Origin: a virus
Taxonomy: Duplodnaviria > Caudoviricetes
IMG/VR virus record: IMGVR_UViG_3300048606_000132
Span: 1 to 27,506 of that record
Strand: one strand, 5' to 3'
DNA length: 27,506 nucleotides
The translations under genes were made by a program, and so were the position numbers. The notes under the pieces were generated by a model that saw only the letters and a list, made by a program, of their open reading frames with translations, was not told where the DNA came from and made no database searches. This document shows, one piece after another, positions 1 through 7,627 of this stretch. The first letter of the stretch is position 1; the number at the start of each line of letters is the position of its first letter.

Positions 1-1
1 C

Positions 2-805
2 TACTTCTCGATCATGTCGCGCTTGTACCGGGTCGCGATGCTGCCGAAATTCCGGAAGCACGCCGGCATTCGCTTCAACCCGTTCGCCGGCATCCCGAAG
101 CTGAAGACGCGCCCGCGCAACGTGACGCTGACCGTGCCGCAGATCCTCGCGTGGATCCGGGAGTCGAGCTACCACGTGCGCCTGGCGGCCGCCATCGCCG
201 CGCTCGCGCCGAAGTTCAGGGTCCGCAATATCCTCGACCTCCAATGGGCGACGAACGTGGACCGGCAGCTCCACTTCATCACCGTGCACCAGCACAAGAC
301 CGAACATCTCACCGAGCAGCCGATGGTCGCGGCCGTGTCGGCGCAGCTCCGCGGCATTCTCAAAGACGCGCGCGCGCGAGTACCGACCGCCACGCACGTG
401 GTCACCTATCGCGGCAAAGCGGTGAAGTCGATTCAGGGCGGCGTGAAGGCGGCGTTCGAAGCCGCGAAGATTCCATACGGCCGCGACATCCCTGGCGGCG
501 CGACCTTCCACACGGTCCGGCATTCGATCGCCACGCTCCTGGCCGAGCTCGACGAGACCGAAGCGAAGCGCGCCGGCCTGATGGGACAGGACCCGGCGAC
601 GACGCAGCGGTACACCCATCTGCGGCCGGTGCAGGAGAAGCGCATCGCCGAGCGGCTCTCGCGCGCGGTCAAGATCGCCGACGTGGTCACACGGCTGCCG
701 ATGCGCGCCGCGCGGAAGCTACCAGTGGGAATCGTTGGGGGACAGGCTAAGGCCACGCTGCGGAAGTCGACGAATTCGTTAGGAAAGCAGAGACAGGCCA
801 AGTAG
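2..805 (+). CDS. int: Tyrosine recombinase/phage integrase, catalytic part (5'-truncated)
   Basis: FRVRNILDLQW (catalytic Arg), HKT (Lys), FHTVRHSIAT (HxxR), LMGQ..TTQRYTH (Tyr nucleophile). The frame is open upstream of ATG14 to the window edge. Confidence 0.9.
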   Translation, partial: YFSIMSRLYRVAMLPKFRKHAGIRFNPFAGIPKLKTRPRNVTLTVPQILAWIRESSYHVRLAAAIAALAPKFRVRNILDLQWATNVDRQLHFITVHQHKTEHLTEQPMVAAVSAQLRGILKDARARVPTATHVVTYRGKAVKSIQGGVKAAFEAAKIPYGRDIPGGATFHTVRHSIATLLAELDETEAKRAGLMGQDPATTQRYTHLRPVQEKRIAERLSRAVKIADVVTRLPMRAARKLPVGIVGGQAKATLRKSTNSLGKQRQAK

Positions 806-989
806 GTCAATCGACGACGGGATCGCGCGATTCGCCGAATAAACATCGATGTGTACTCGTGATCCACAACCGGGCTCAGGAGCTAGTCCGAGCAATCGGG
901 TCGGGGTTCAAATCCCCGCTTCCGCACCAACAAAACAACAGATCTTGGGGAATCGGGGCTAGTCGGTACTGGGGGACTTCCGCGGGGAC
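726..989 (+). repeat. Short direct repeats flanking the att core, putative integrase arm-type sites
   Basis: TGGGAATCG (726-734) and TGGGGAATCG (946-955); TGGGGGAC (736-743, 970-977) and CGGGGAC (983-989). Confidence 0.5.
875..929 (+). other. attP core: 3' half of tRNA-Leu(CAG), not a complete tRNA
   Basis: Anticodon loop CTCAGGA (875-881), 3' stem GCTAG, long variable arm CCGA-GCAA-TCGG, T-arm CGGGG-TTCAAAT-CCCCG, acceptor 3' strand CTTCCGC plus ACCA (ends 929). No D-arm or matching 5' anticodon stem upstream. Confidence 0.85.
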
Positions 990-1074
990 CGCTGACCTGA
1001 GCGGGTCGGACGGCACCAGCCTCTCACGCCGGGGCATGACGTGAGTCCCAGCAGCTAGCCCGCCCGATCCCGCC

Positions 1075-1263
1075 TCAGACCTCGGCGGAGATCCGCATCG
1101 CTTTGAGGAATCGCCGATCCGATTTTGTGTACTCGCCGCTGATCGCTACCCGCCAGTGCGCGTGTGCCAGACACACCGGACAGCGCTCCGGCAGATCGCC
1201 TCGCTTCACGTGGACGGACGTGTCGCAATGAACGCAAATCAGGACGAAGAACGCTTGCGGCAT
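1075..1263 (-). CDS. Small zinc-ribbon protein (62 aa)
   Basis: CVHC and CPVC pairs; last gene of the late operon before attP. Confidence 0.6.
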   Translation of the reverse strand: MPQAFFVLICVHCDTSVHVKRGDLPERCPVCLAHAHWRVAISGEYTKSDRRFLKAMRISAEV

Positions 1264-1322
1264 CGCGTGCTTTCACGGCCAGTACGAGGGCCACGACCAT
1301 TGCGGGTCGCGCCCGCGCAGGC

Positions 1323-1517
1323 CTACGTAGGCGGGACCGCGGCTTCCCGTCGAGCAATGCGAGCCTTCGCTTCCACGATGACCGCATCGAGCGTCTCGTC
1401 ATCGTGGCCCTGTCGTCCCCACAACTCGTGAATCTTTTCGACGGTGGTCACCCCGAGCCCGACGAGCGTGGTAATCAAGAGGACGCGCGGGTCCATCGCC
1501 GCTTCTAAATCAGTCAT
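1323..1517 (-). CDS. Small hypothetical protein (64 aa), hydrophobic N-terminal helix
   Basis: ATG1517 preceded by GGAGG, right after the stop of the lipoprotein gene; MTDLEAAMDPRVLLITTLVGLGV. Confidence 0.6.
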   Translation of the reverse strand: MTDLEAAMDPRVLLITTLVGLGVTTVEKIHELWGRQGHDDETLDAVIVEAKARIARREAAVPPT

Positions 1518-1519
1518 GA

Positions 1520-1945
1520 TCAGTTGCCTCCCGTGAACTTCGCCACAACCAGAATGGCCTGCGACAGTGCGTAGTTGACTTTCGCCGTGAGGTCCGGCGC
1601 GACCTGCGCGGCCGGCGCGACGATGCCCTGAATCGCCGTCAAATCGGTCAGCAGATCGGGCAGATTCTTCGGCACGGCGAAGTCCTTGGGCGAAGCCTTG
1701 ATCGCCTCCGAGACCGCGACGACATCGAGGAGGGCCTTCTTGATCTTCGGATCGGCCGCCGCGCACTGTGCCGCCGTCAGGACCTTGGTTTGGCAGGCAG
1801 AGGTCGCGGCATCGTCGACCGCGAAGACCGCCTGGGCGAAGGTGGCGTCAGCCACCACCGCAACATGTCGCGCCGCGCCGCACGCCGCCAGCGTGAGCGC
1901 GAGCAGGACCGGGAGAGCGAGCCGAAGTCGTCGGTGTCTGTCCAT
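1520..1945 (-). CDS. Predicted lipoprotein (141 aa), possible spanin or lysis accessory
   Basis: AAGGAG RBS; MDRHRRLRLALPVLLALTLAA-C has a basic n-region, h-region and LAAC lipobox. Confidence 0.75.
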   Translation of the reverse strand: MDRHRRLRLALPVLLALTLAACGAARHVAVVADATFAQAVFAVDDAATSACQTKVLTAAQCAAADPKIKKALLDVVAVSEAIKASPKDFAVPKNLPDLLTDLTAIQGIVAPAAQVAPDLTAKVNYALSQAILVVAKFTGGN

Positions 1946-1968
1946 TAGAGGCTCCTTTGAAAGGGTGG

Positions 1969-2349
1969 TCATACGTTCCCTGAGATCAGGGGATTCTTCT
2001 GTTCGAGTCGCGAAAAGATCGTGATGCAGTCCTTCAGCAGCCCGACGACTGCGCCAGCCACGGACAGGCCGGCGCATTTATAGAGCAGGTGCATGAAGTC
2101 GTCGGCCTGAATCACATCCGTGGCCATCGCGCCCGTCAGAATGCCGAGCAGCGATGTGAGGAAGACGTTCACGAACCGGATGCTGATGGCCATGAGCGGG
2201 CCGACGACCTGCACGACGAGGTTCGGCTGATGCGCGCCAGGAGTCTCCGCCTCGGTGCCGGTCGGCAATCGGCTGTTGTCTCCGGTACTGATAACCGATA
2301 CCGTCACCGGTTCGACCGGCCGACTCTCCGTGACTTTGTCCTCTGCCAT
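1969..2349 (-). CDS. Putative holin-like membrane protein (126 aa)
   Basis: GAGGAGG RBS before ATG2349; two hydrophobic segments (ISIRFVNVFLTSLLGILTGAMA; CAGLSVAGAVVGLL); next to the lipoprotein gene. Confidence 0.6.
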   Translation of the reverse strand: MAEDKVTESRPVEPVTVSVISTGDNSRLPTGTEAETPGAHQPNLVVQVVGPLMAISIRFVNVFLTSLLGILTGAMATDVIQADDFMHLLYKCAGLSVAGAVVGLLKDCITIFSRLEQKNPLISGNV

Positions 2350-2365
2350 AAGATCCTCCTCTTGG

Positions 2366-3952
2366 TCAGGGCGCAATCGCCGCGAACGGATCGGCGACCA
2401 CACCCGTTAGGTTCTGTAACAGCTTGTCGATGTCTGGCCCGATCGTCGTGCCGTCGGTCGACACCTGGCCTGCCGCCGGCATGTACCGGAACATCGCGTC
2501 CAATCGCGGCACCAGTGATCCGAACAACAGCGTAAAGTTCCCAGCCGGATACGCGATGAAGCCGGACGCCGCGAGCTCGACGATGTTGTTCGTGAAGACG
2601 TACGGCGTGCAGCACGCGGCGATCGATGGCGAGCCGATCGTCGTGGCTTCGCCGGTAATCCCATAGAGACCACTCCGCATAATGTTGTTCGTCACGCGGA
2701 TGTTCTTGAGCGGCCCGCCGCCGAGCGCGAACATCTGCCCGCTCACGCCGATGAGCAGGTTGTGGTCGAACGTCAGGCCGTCGACCTTGTCCTGGATCAA
2801 CACGCCGCGCGCCGCCTGGATGACGTTGTGCCGGACGGTGATGCGCCCACTCGGCGTCGTCGTGGTCTGCAGGTTGTCGAGGCCCAGCACGTTGAGCGCG
2901 TAGGTCGCGACGTGCTTGATGACGTTGAATTGAAAGACCACGTCTTCGACGATGCACCAGGGACACCCGCCGGACTGATTGCGCGGGGTGAAGACGATCG
3001 CATTGCCAGATTGCGCATCCGCCCAGACGTTCTCGAAGACGTTGAACTCGACCAGCACCCGCCGCGCGTTCTTCAGCTCGAACAGGTTCTTGACCGTGCC
3101 GGGCTTGCCGCTGACCAGTGCCCCAGTCGCGCTGTAGACGGGCTTCCATGACAGGGGCTTGAAGAAGTGATTCCGCCGAATCACGATGTCCGACGTGATA
3201 AGGCCGGAGATCGCCGGGTCCGCGCCGCCGAACAGGATGTTCTCCCCACTGGCTTCCAGGTAGTTGTTCTCGATCAGATACGGGCCGGTGCCGTTGTAGG
3301 CCCCGAACGCCTGACTATCACGGCCCACTTCCCAGAAGTCCGAGAGCCAACTGTTGATCAGCGTGATGAACGCCCCATGACAATTACAGCCGGTGTGCCC
3401 GCCCTTCTCCGGCGAGCCGTGCATGTAGACGCGGTCAAAGGTGATGTGTTTGGGTTGGTCGGCCAGCGTCGGCGCGTTCCACCCGAACATGACGAGCGGC
3501 CGGTCCGGCAGCACAAGGTTCGGCAGGAACTCGATCCCGATGATCGCGTACCCGTCCGCGCCGAACTCCGCCGTCAGTGTTTGTAGGGACGGGTCTTTGG
3601 GACCGAGCTTCGCCATGCGAGGCGACAAGGCCGGCGTGACACGCACGCCCGGCGGCAGCGCCGCGTCGTCGAGGCCGTCGGTACGAATCGTGATGACGCC
3701 AGCGCTCGCCTTTTTCCGCAGCGTGTAGTTCCCGGTGAACGTCGCGGGCGCGAGCAGGATCGTTTGCCCAGGCTGTGCCGCGTCCAGTACTGCCTGCAGA
3801 TCGCCGCCTGCCGGCACGCGAATTACCTGCCCTGTCGGGGCCGGCTTGTTGACCTCGGCCTTGAGCAGTTGCACGTCGACGGCGAGCTGGTCGAGTAAGC
3901 GATTGAGCACCGCCGGGTCTTGCGCGAGGAGTAGGAGGACGAGCATCAGCAT
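2366..3952 (-). CDS. Right-handed parallel beta-helix (pectin-lyase-like) protein, possible polysaccharide depolymerase
   Basis: GDLQAVLDAAQPGQTILLAP cap; repeated Asn-ladder strands (IENNYL, IRRNHF, VEFNVF, FQFNVI, VRHNVI, FDHNLL, VTNNIM); hydrophobic N-terminus MLMLVLLLLAQD. Confidence 0.8.
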   Translation of the reverse strand: MLMLVLLLLAQDPAVLNRLLDQLAVDVQLLKAEVNKPAPTGQVIRVPAGGDLQAVLDAAQPGQTILLAPATFTGNYTLRKKASAGVITIRTDGLDDAALPPGVRVTPALSPRMAKLGPKDPSLQTLTAEFGADGYAIIGIEFLPNLVLPDRPLVMFGWNAPTLADQPKHITFDRVYMHGSPEKGGHTGCNCHGAFITLINSWLSDFWEVGRDSQAFGAYNGTGPYLIENNYLEASGENILFGGADPAISGLITSDIVIRRNHFFKPLSWKPVYSATGALVSGKPGTVKNLFELKNARRVLVEFNVFENVWADAQSGNAIVFTPRNQSGGCPWCIVEDVVFQFNVIKHVATYALNVLGLDNLQTTTTPSGRITVRHNVIQAARGVLIQDKVDGLTFDHNLLIGVSGQMFALGGGPLKNIRVTNNIMRSGLYGITGEATTIGSPSIAACCTPYVFTNNIVELAASGFIAYPAGNFTLLFGSLVPRLDAMFRYMPAAGQVSTDGTTIGPDIDKLLQNLTGVVADPFAAIAP

Positions 3953-3968
3953 GGGTTCACCGCATTCC

Positions 3969-4145
3969 CTATCCGTTAGAGGCCGATTTCAGAATCACGC
4001 GGCCCTGCGTCATGTGCGAGGCGTCCTGTCGCCACGAGAACGGATGTCGACTGTCGCAGTGATCGTCGGTATGGCCCTTCGGCTCCGTGCAGGTGTAGTC
4101 GCTGCCCACGTCCGACTTGAGCACCGCGCCACACGTCGCGTTCAC
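3969..4145 (-). CDS. Small Cys/His-rich protein (58 aa), absent from the ORF track
   Basis: Hand-translated MNATCGAVLKSDVGSDYTCTEPKGHTDDHCDSRHPFSW...; GTGA start/stop overlap with the upstream gene; C..C-x5-H-x3-H pattern. Confidence 0.6.
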   Translation of the reverse strand: MNATCGAVLKSDVGSDYTCTEPKGHTDDHCDSRHPFSWRQDASHMTQGRVILKSASNG

Positions 4146-5719
4146 TGCGCCTGGCCATTCACGATGTAGGCGCTGCGCGCGTCGCCATCACCCAGCAGTT
4201 CCATGACCTGTCCGTCCGCCACCGTGACCCCGATCGCGGTGCCGGTCAGTGGGTCGACCGCCGTGCAGCGCCAGTTGCCGATCGCCCGTAGCCGCGCGAC
4301 ATTCAGGACACCGTTCAGCACCTCGACGAACCGTCCGTCGCCGCTGATAGCCCCATAGGCACGGTCCACCCCGTGGTCGGTGTTGTTGTCGGACCAGATG
4401 CCATCCGATGTCAGCGGCTGCGGACCCGTCGGCCGCGTGCCGCTCTGACTCGTCTTCTGCCAGTTCTCGCACCCAGCCGGCAGCCACGCGTCGATGCTAC
4501 GGACCACCTTGAGGATCAGATCGATGTTGTCGATCTCCCAGAGATTCGCCCGACGATCGCGACTGAGGTCAGTCCCGCCCGTCACCATGTCCCCGATGTG
4601 CAGACACCATTTGGCGGCGCCAGCGATGACGGCATTCGCGCGGAGCATGGCGAGGATGCGCGGGTCCGTCTGGGACGACCCACTCGAATGCACACCTGGT
4701 GGCTCGTTGCTGTTCACCACGCCGGGATAGCGCTGAAGGTCGTGCCCCTGCCGCACCTCGCGCCACGGCCCGCCGCCCCGCTCGGTGTGGACCGTGAACT
4801 CCGTCGCGCCTGCCGTCTGGAACCCTGCCACTAATGCATCCACGTCTCCAGGCGATGTCAGGGCGATCAGCGGCACGCTGGTGTTGGCGCGCAGGGACTT
4901 GACCATCTCGATCTGTGTGGGCAGGTTGATGTGCCACTCGTTCGTCATCTCGAGCGACAGAATCTTGTGCTCACGCCCGCTGACGATGCGCGCCCAGCGA
5001 GTCGCCTGCGCCATGCCGTAATCCTGGTCAGGCCCATCGTCACCGATAAGGAAGACCTCGGAGCGGAGGCCGTTCTCGTCGTACAGGTAGTCGATCAGTT
5101 CTCGCATCGACGCTTCGTAAGTGGGATCTTCCGGGTTGACCTCCCAGCCTGGCCACCGGACGTGGCCAGCAATGCGGACGCCGTCGTAGTCGTACGGCCG
5201 CAGGAACTCGATATTCTGTTTGAACCGCGCCTGGTCGCGCGTCCACCCTTGATACGCCCACATCATCGTGACAATGAGCGGATGAAATAGCCCGTCATCA
5301 TCCCGCACAGCTTTTCCAACGGGTTGCACCACACCGCGCCGTCGCGTGAACGTCGGCACCAAGAGCTTCGGCAGTTGATACCAGCCCACCGGCAATGGAC
5401 GCTCGTAGGCGGCCGGGATCGGCCTGGCCCACCAATCACTTTGTGCGGCGGGCGGGATGGTGAGGTGCTCGCCGTACCACTGGTACCCGTGGATGCCGAC
5501 GTTCTCATCCCCAACAGCTGTCAGGAACAGGCTCATCTCGGTCGCACTGACCGGTATAGACGGGAACTCGGCACGGCCGTTTGGCTTCGTGTCTACACGA
5601 AACTGCTGATCAGCGGTATCGATACGGACGTGCGACGGATACGGCAGGTCGTTGATGACGATCCCGCGATAGGTGATCACTGGTGGCCGGTTCGCCGGAT
5701 GTCGTGGCCAGAAACTCAT
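4142..5719 (-). CDS. Putative glycoside hydrolase (clan GH-A-like TIM barrel) with extra N- and C-terminal domains
   Basis: YDGVRI, LSLEMTNEW (NE acid/base), FTVHTER, VVNSNEP (candidate nucleophile Glu); AAGGAG RBS. Confidence 0.6.
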   Translation of the reverse strand: MSFWPRHPANRPPVITYRGIVINDLPYPSHVRIDTADQQFRVDTKPNGRAEFPSIPVSATEMSLFLTAVGDENVGIHGYQWYGEHLTIPPAAQSDWWARPIPAAYERPLPVGWYQLPKLLVPTFTRRRGVVQPVGKAVRDDDGLFHPLIVTMMWAYQGWTRDQARFKQNIEFLRPYDYDGVRIAGHVRWPGWEVNPEDPTYEASMRELIDYLYDENGLRSEVFLIGDDGPDQDYGMAQATRWARIVSGREHKILSLEMTNEWHINLPTQIEMVKSLRANTSVPLIALTSPGDVDALVAGFQTAGATEFTVHTERGGGPWREVRQGHDLQRYPGVVNSNEPPGVHSSGSSQTDPRILAMLRANAVIAGAAKWCLHIGDMVTGGTDLSRDRRANLWEIDNIDLILKVVRSIDAWLPAGCENWQKTSQSGTRPTGPQPLTSDGIWSDNNTDHGVDRAYGAISGDGRFVEVLNGVLNVARLRAIGNWRCTAVDPLTGTAIGVTVADGQVMELLGDGDARSAYIVNGQAQ

Positions 5720-5735
5720 ACAAACTCCTTCGCGC

Positions 5736-6146
5736 TCACGCTAATCGCCGCACGCCAAGCACACGCGCGCGCGGGAAGGCGCTCACGTTGACAGCGTCTT
5801 TCTGGTTACCACCGAGGAGCAGGACTTGCTCGTTGGCGAGCCCGGCAAAGAACCCGACATGCCCGCCGCCGTCTCGCTCGAGCACCACGATGTCGCTTTC
5901 CGCGCGCGCCTCTTCGAGGGTGATCGGCCGGCCGACTTCCAGCCAGGACCTGGCCGCCAGCGACTTCGACCGCGGCAGGCGCAGCAGCCAGGCGACAAAG
6001 TTACAGAAGCCGGAGCACCACGGGACCGCGTCGTCCTTCGGCCAGTCGCCATCGAGCTGCAGCATCGCCAAGACCAACGGCGTGGAGGTCGCGCCAGGCG
6101 TTTCCTTCACGCCGACAAATCGCTGCGCTAAGTCGAAGGCGGTCAT
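5736..6146 (-). CDS. TIGR02594-family NlpC/P60/CHAP-like peptidoglycan hydrolase (endolysin)
   Basis: GVKETPG, DDAVPWCSGF (catalytic Cys), AARSWL, GHVGFF (His), LGGNQ; likely start ATG6146 or GTG6152. Confidence 0.88.
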   Translation of the reverse strand: MTAFDLAQRFVGVKETPGATSTPLVLAMLQLDGDWPKDDAVPWCSGFCNFVAWLLRLPRSKSLAARSWLEVGRPITLEEARAESDIVVLERDGGGHVGFFAGLANEQVLLLGGNQKDAVNVSAFPRARVLGVRRLA

Positions 6147-6148
6147 AT

Positions 6149-6424
6149 TCACGCGATGTCCTTCTGCCGCAAGAGCACCAGCGCGACGAACAGGCACCCA
6201 CCATCGAAGATCCCGAGCGGTTCGCAGACCTTCGTGATAATGCGTCGCCCAAATTCCCGGTCGAGCGAGACGAGCAGTTCGGCGTCTGGGAGCATGCGGC
6301 CATTCTCCGTATAGAACTGCCACATATCTGGCATGATCGAGGCATACAGCCGACTGACATCCGGATCGACCGTCAGGATCTCAGCAATCGTCGTCACCTG
6401 CGGTCGGAGTCTCTGGTCGGACAT
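6149..6424 (-). CDS. Hypothetical protein (91 aa)
   Basis: Fills the gap between neighbours in operon orientation; GAGG upstream of ATG. Confidence 0.6.
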   Translation of the reverse strand: MSDQRLRPQVTTIAEILTVDPDVSRLYASIMPDMWQFYTENGRMLPDAELLVSLDREFGRRIITKVCEPLGIFDGGCLFVALVLLRQKDIA

Positions 6425-6433
6425 AAGCAGCCT

Positions 6434-6673
6434 CTAGTTCCGGTCCTTCACGAGCCGCTTGACGCGCGCTTCGGCTTCGCCCCGGTTTAAATTCGATGTT
6501 TGCAGATCGCGCACTTTGGCCTGCAGGACAGCGATATCGATCACCGCCTCGGCGAGTTGTTCCCTCGACCGCCACAATTCCTCGACGCGAAACCCGACGC
6601 GCATCAGGACGTAGAGGCTCCCGATAAGACTGCACACGCTGATGGCGAGCGCTAAGACCGTCGAGACGCTCAC
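6434..6673 (-). CDS. Small membrane protein (one N-terminal TM plus coiled coil), holin/antiholin or i-spanin-like
   Basis: VLALAISVCSLIGSLYVLM followed by an amphipathic helix; upstream of the endolysin. Confidence 0.65.
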   Translation of the reverse strand: MSVSTVLALAISVCSLIGSLYVLMRVGFRVEELWRSREQLAEAVIDIAVLQAKVRDLQTSNLNRGEAEARVKRLVKDRN

Positions 6674-6722
6674 GCATCCGCCTCTCGCCGATTGGCCGCA
6701 TTGAACGAATAAGCCTCTGACA

Positions 6723-7229
6723 TCATGGCGTTTCAGACACGTAGCTGAACTTGAACTCGAAGTACGTGCTCGCGGCCGCGTCTGACCACTGCAATTGGCT
6801 CACCGGGTTCGCCGACGCTCCAGTCGCAAAAAACAGCGGCGTGATGGCGGAAGCGTTCGGCGACAACTCACCCAACAAGGTCACGATCGGCGTCGTCAGG
6901 TTCCACAGGCCGATTGCGAAGCTCGAAGTCGCGTTCGCCACGTTGCGCGTCGGAAACGGCAACCCGCTAATACCAATGGCGCCGGACGCCGTCGCGATCG
7001 AAATGATCTGTACGAACCCGTCCACGATGACGAGCCGCCCGATTTTCGCGTAGTGCCCGGACTGGATGAAGTGCGTGGGGCCGCCGGTCGTCGCGGTCAG
7101 CACGGGCGTCCAGTTGCCGTTCTGGACTTGGTCGAACAGGAATAGGGTATTGTCCCGGACTTGCGTATTCCAGAACGCCGCCGTCAACACCGACCCAGCG
7201 ATCGCCGTGGCGGGTGTCGTCCACGCCAT
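6723..7229 (-). CDS. Short tail fiber / receptor-binding-like protein (168 aa)
   Basis: MAWTTP..GSVLTAA..N..VRDN anchor-like N-terminus; GNWTP..GHYAKIGRLV..GLPF beta-sandwich head motif seen in phage fibers. Confidence 0.7.
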   Translation of the reverse strand: MAWTTPATAIAGSVLTAAFWNTQVRDNTLFLFDQVQNGNWTPVLTATTGGPTHFIQSGHYAKIGRLVIVDGFVQIISIATASGAIGISGLPFPTRNVANATSSFAIGLWNLTTPIVTLLGELSPNASAITPLFFATGASANPVSQLQWSDAAASTYFEFKFSYVSETP

Positions 7230-7627
7230 CAGATAACTCCCCGCGCGGCGTTCTCAGTCCGCAGTTGTTCAACGGTCTCACCAGGCAGCCAGAAGCGATT
7301 TCTTAAACCCTCTCGCTTCAGCATCTCGGCTTCGATGTTGAGACGGATGGCCGGATCCGGGAAGACAATCGTGGTATGGGCCGCCCCGCACCCAAAGCAA
7401 AGCGCGATGCCCCACTCGGGATCCGTCGCATTACCAGCGCCACAGGAACAATCCACGAGCCACGATCCGAAATCGATGCGCGCTAAGCGCGGAGCGGTGT
7501 CCACGTGGACGACCAGGCGAGCCCCTTGCCGGCGCTGCTTCGCGATGGCCGCCGCATGCGCCTTGCGATACGCGTCAGCCGACCGCACCTGATGATGTTC
7601 ACGGGGGCCGAGGATGGTCTCGTACAT
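7229..7627 (-). CDS. Tail-region Cys-rich (Zn-binding) hypothetical protein
   Basis: WLVDCSCG..LCFGCG; C-terminal FWLPGETVEQLRTEN; 1-nt overlaps with both neighbours. Confidence 0.75.
   Translation of the reverse strand: MYETILGPREHHQVRSADAYRKAHAAAIAKQRRQGARLVVHVDTAPRLARIDFGSWLVDCSCGAGNATDPEWGIALCFGCGAAHTTIVFPDPAIRLNIEAEMLKREGLRNRFWLPGETVEQLRTENAARGVI

Noticed and set aside
760-929. GCGGAAG at 760-766 (also 712-718) is complementary to the tRNA acceptor 3' strand, suggesting a full, split or intron-containing tRNA
   Set aside because: It lies inside int and is about 80 nt too far away; there is no GG D-loop and no CTAGC 5' anticodon stem. A 7-mer match is expected by chance in GC-rich DNA
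859-1044. 61-aa + strand ORF after the integrase
   Set aside because: It runs through the att core/tRNA fragment and arm repeats and has no RBS or protein-like features
3976-4158. 60-aa ORF from the ORF track
   Set aside because: The alternative frame 3969-4145 has a coupled start and a coherent Cys/His motif
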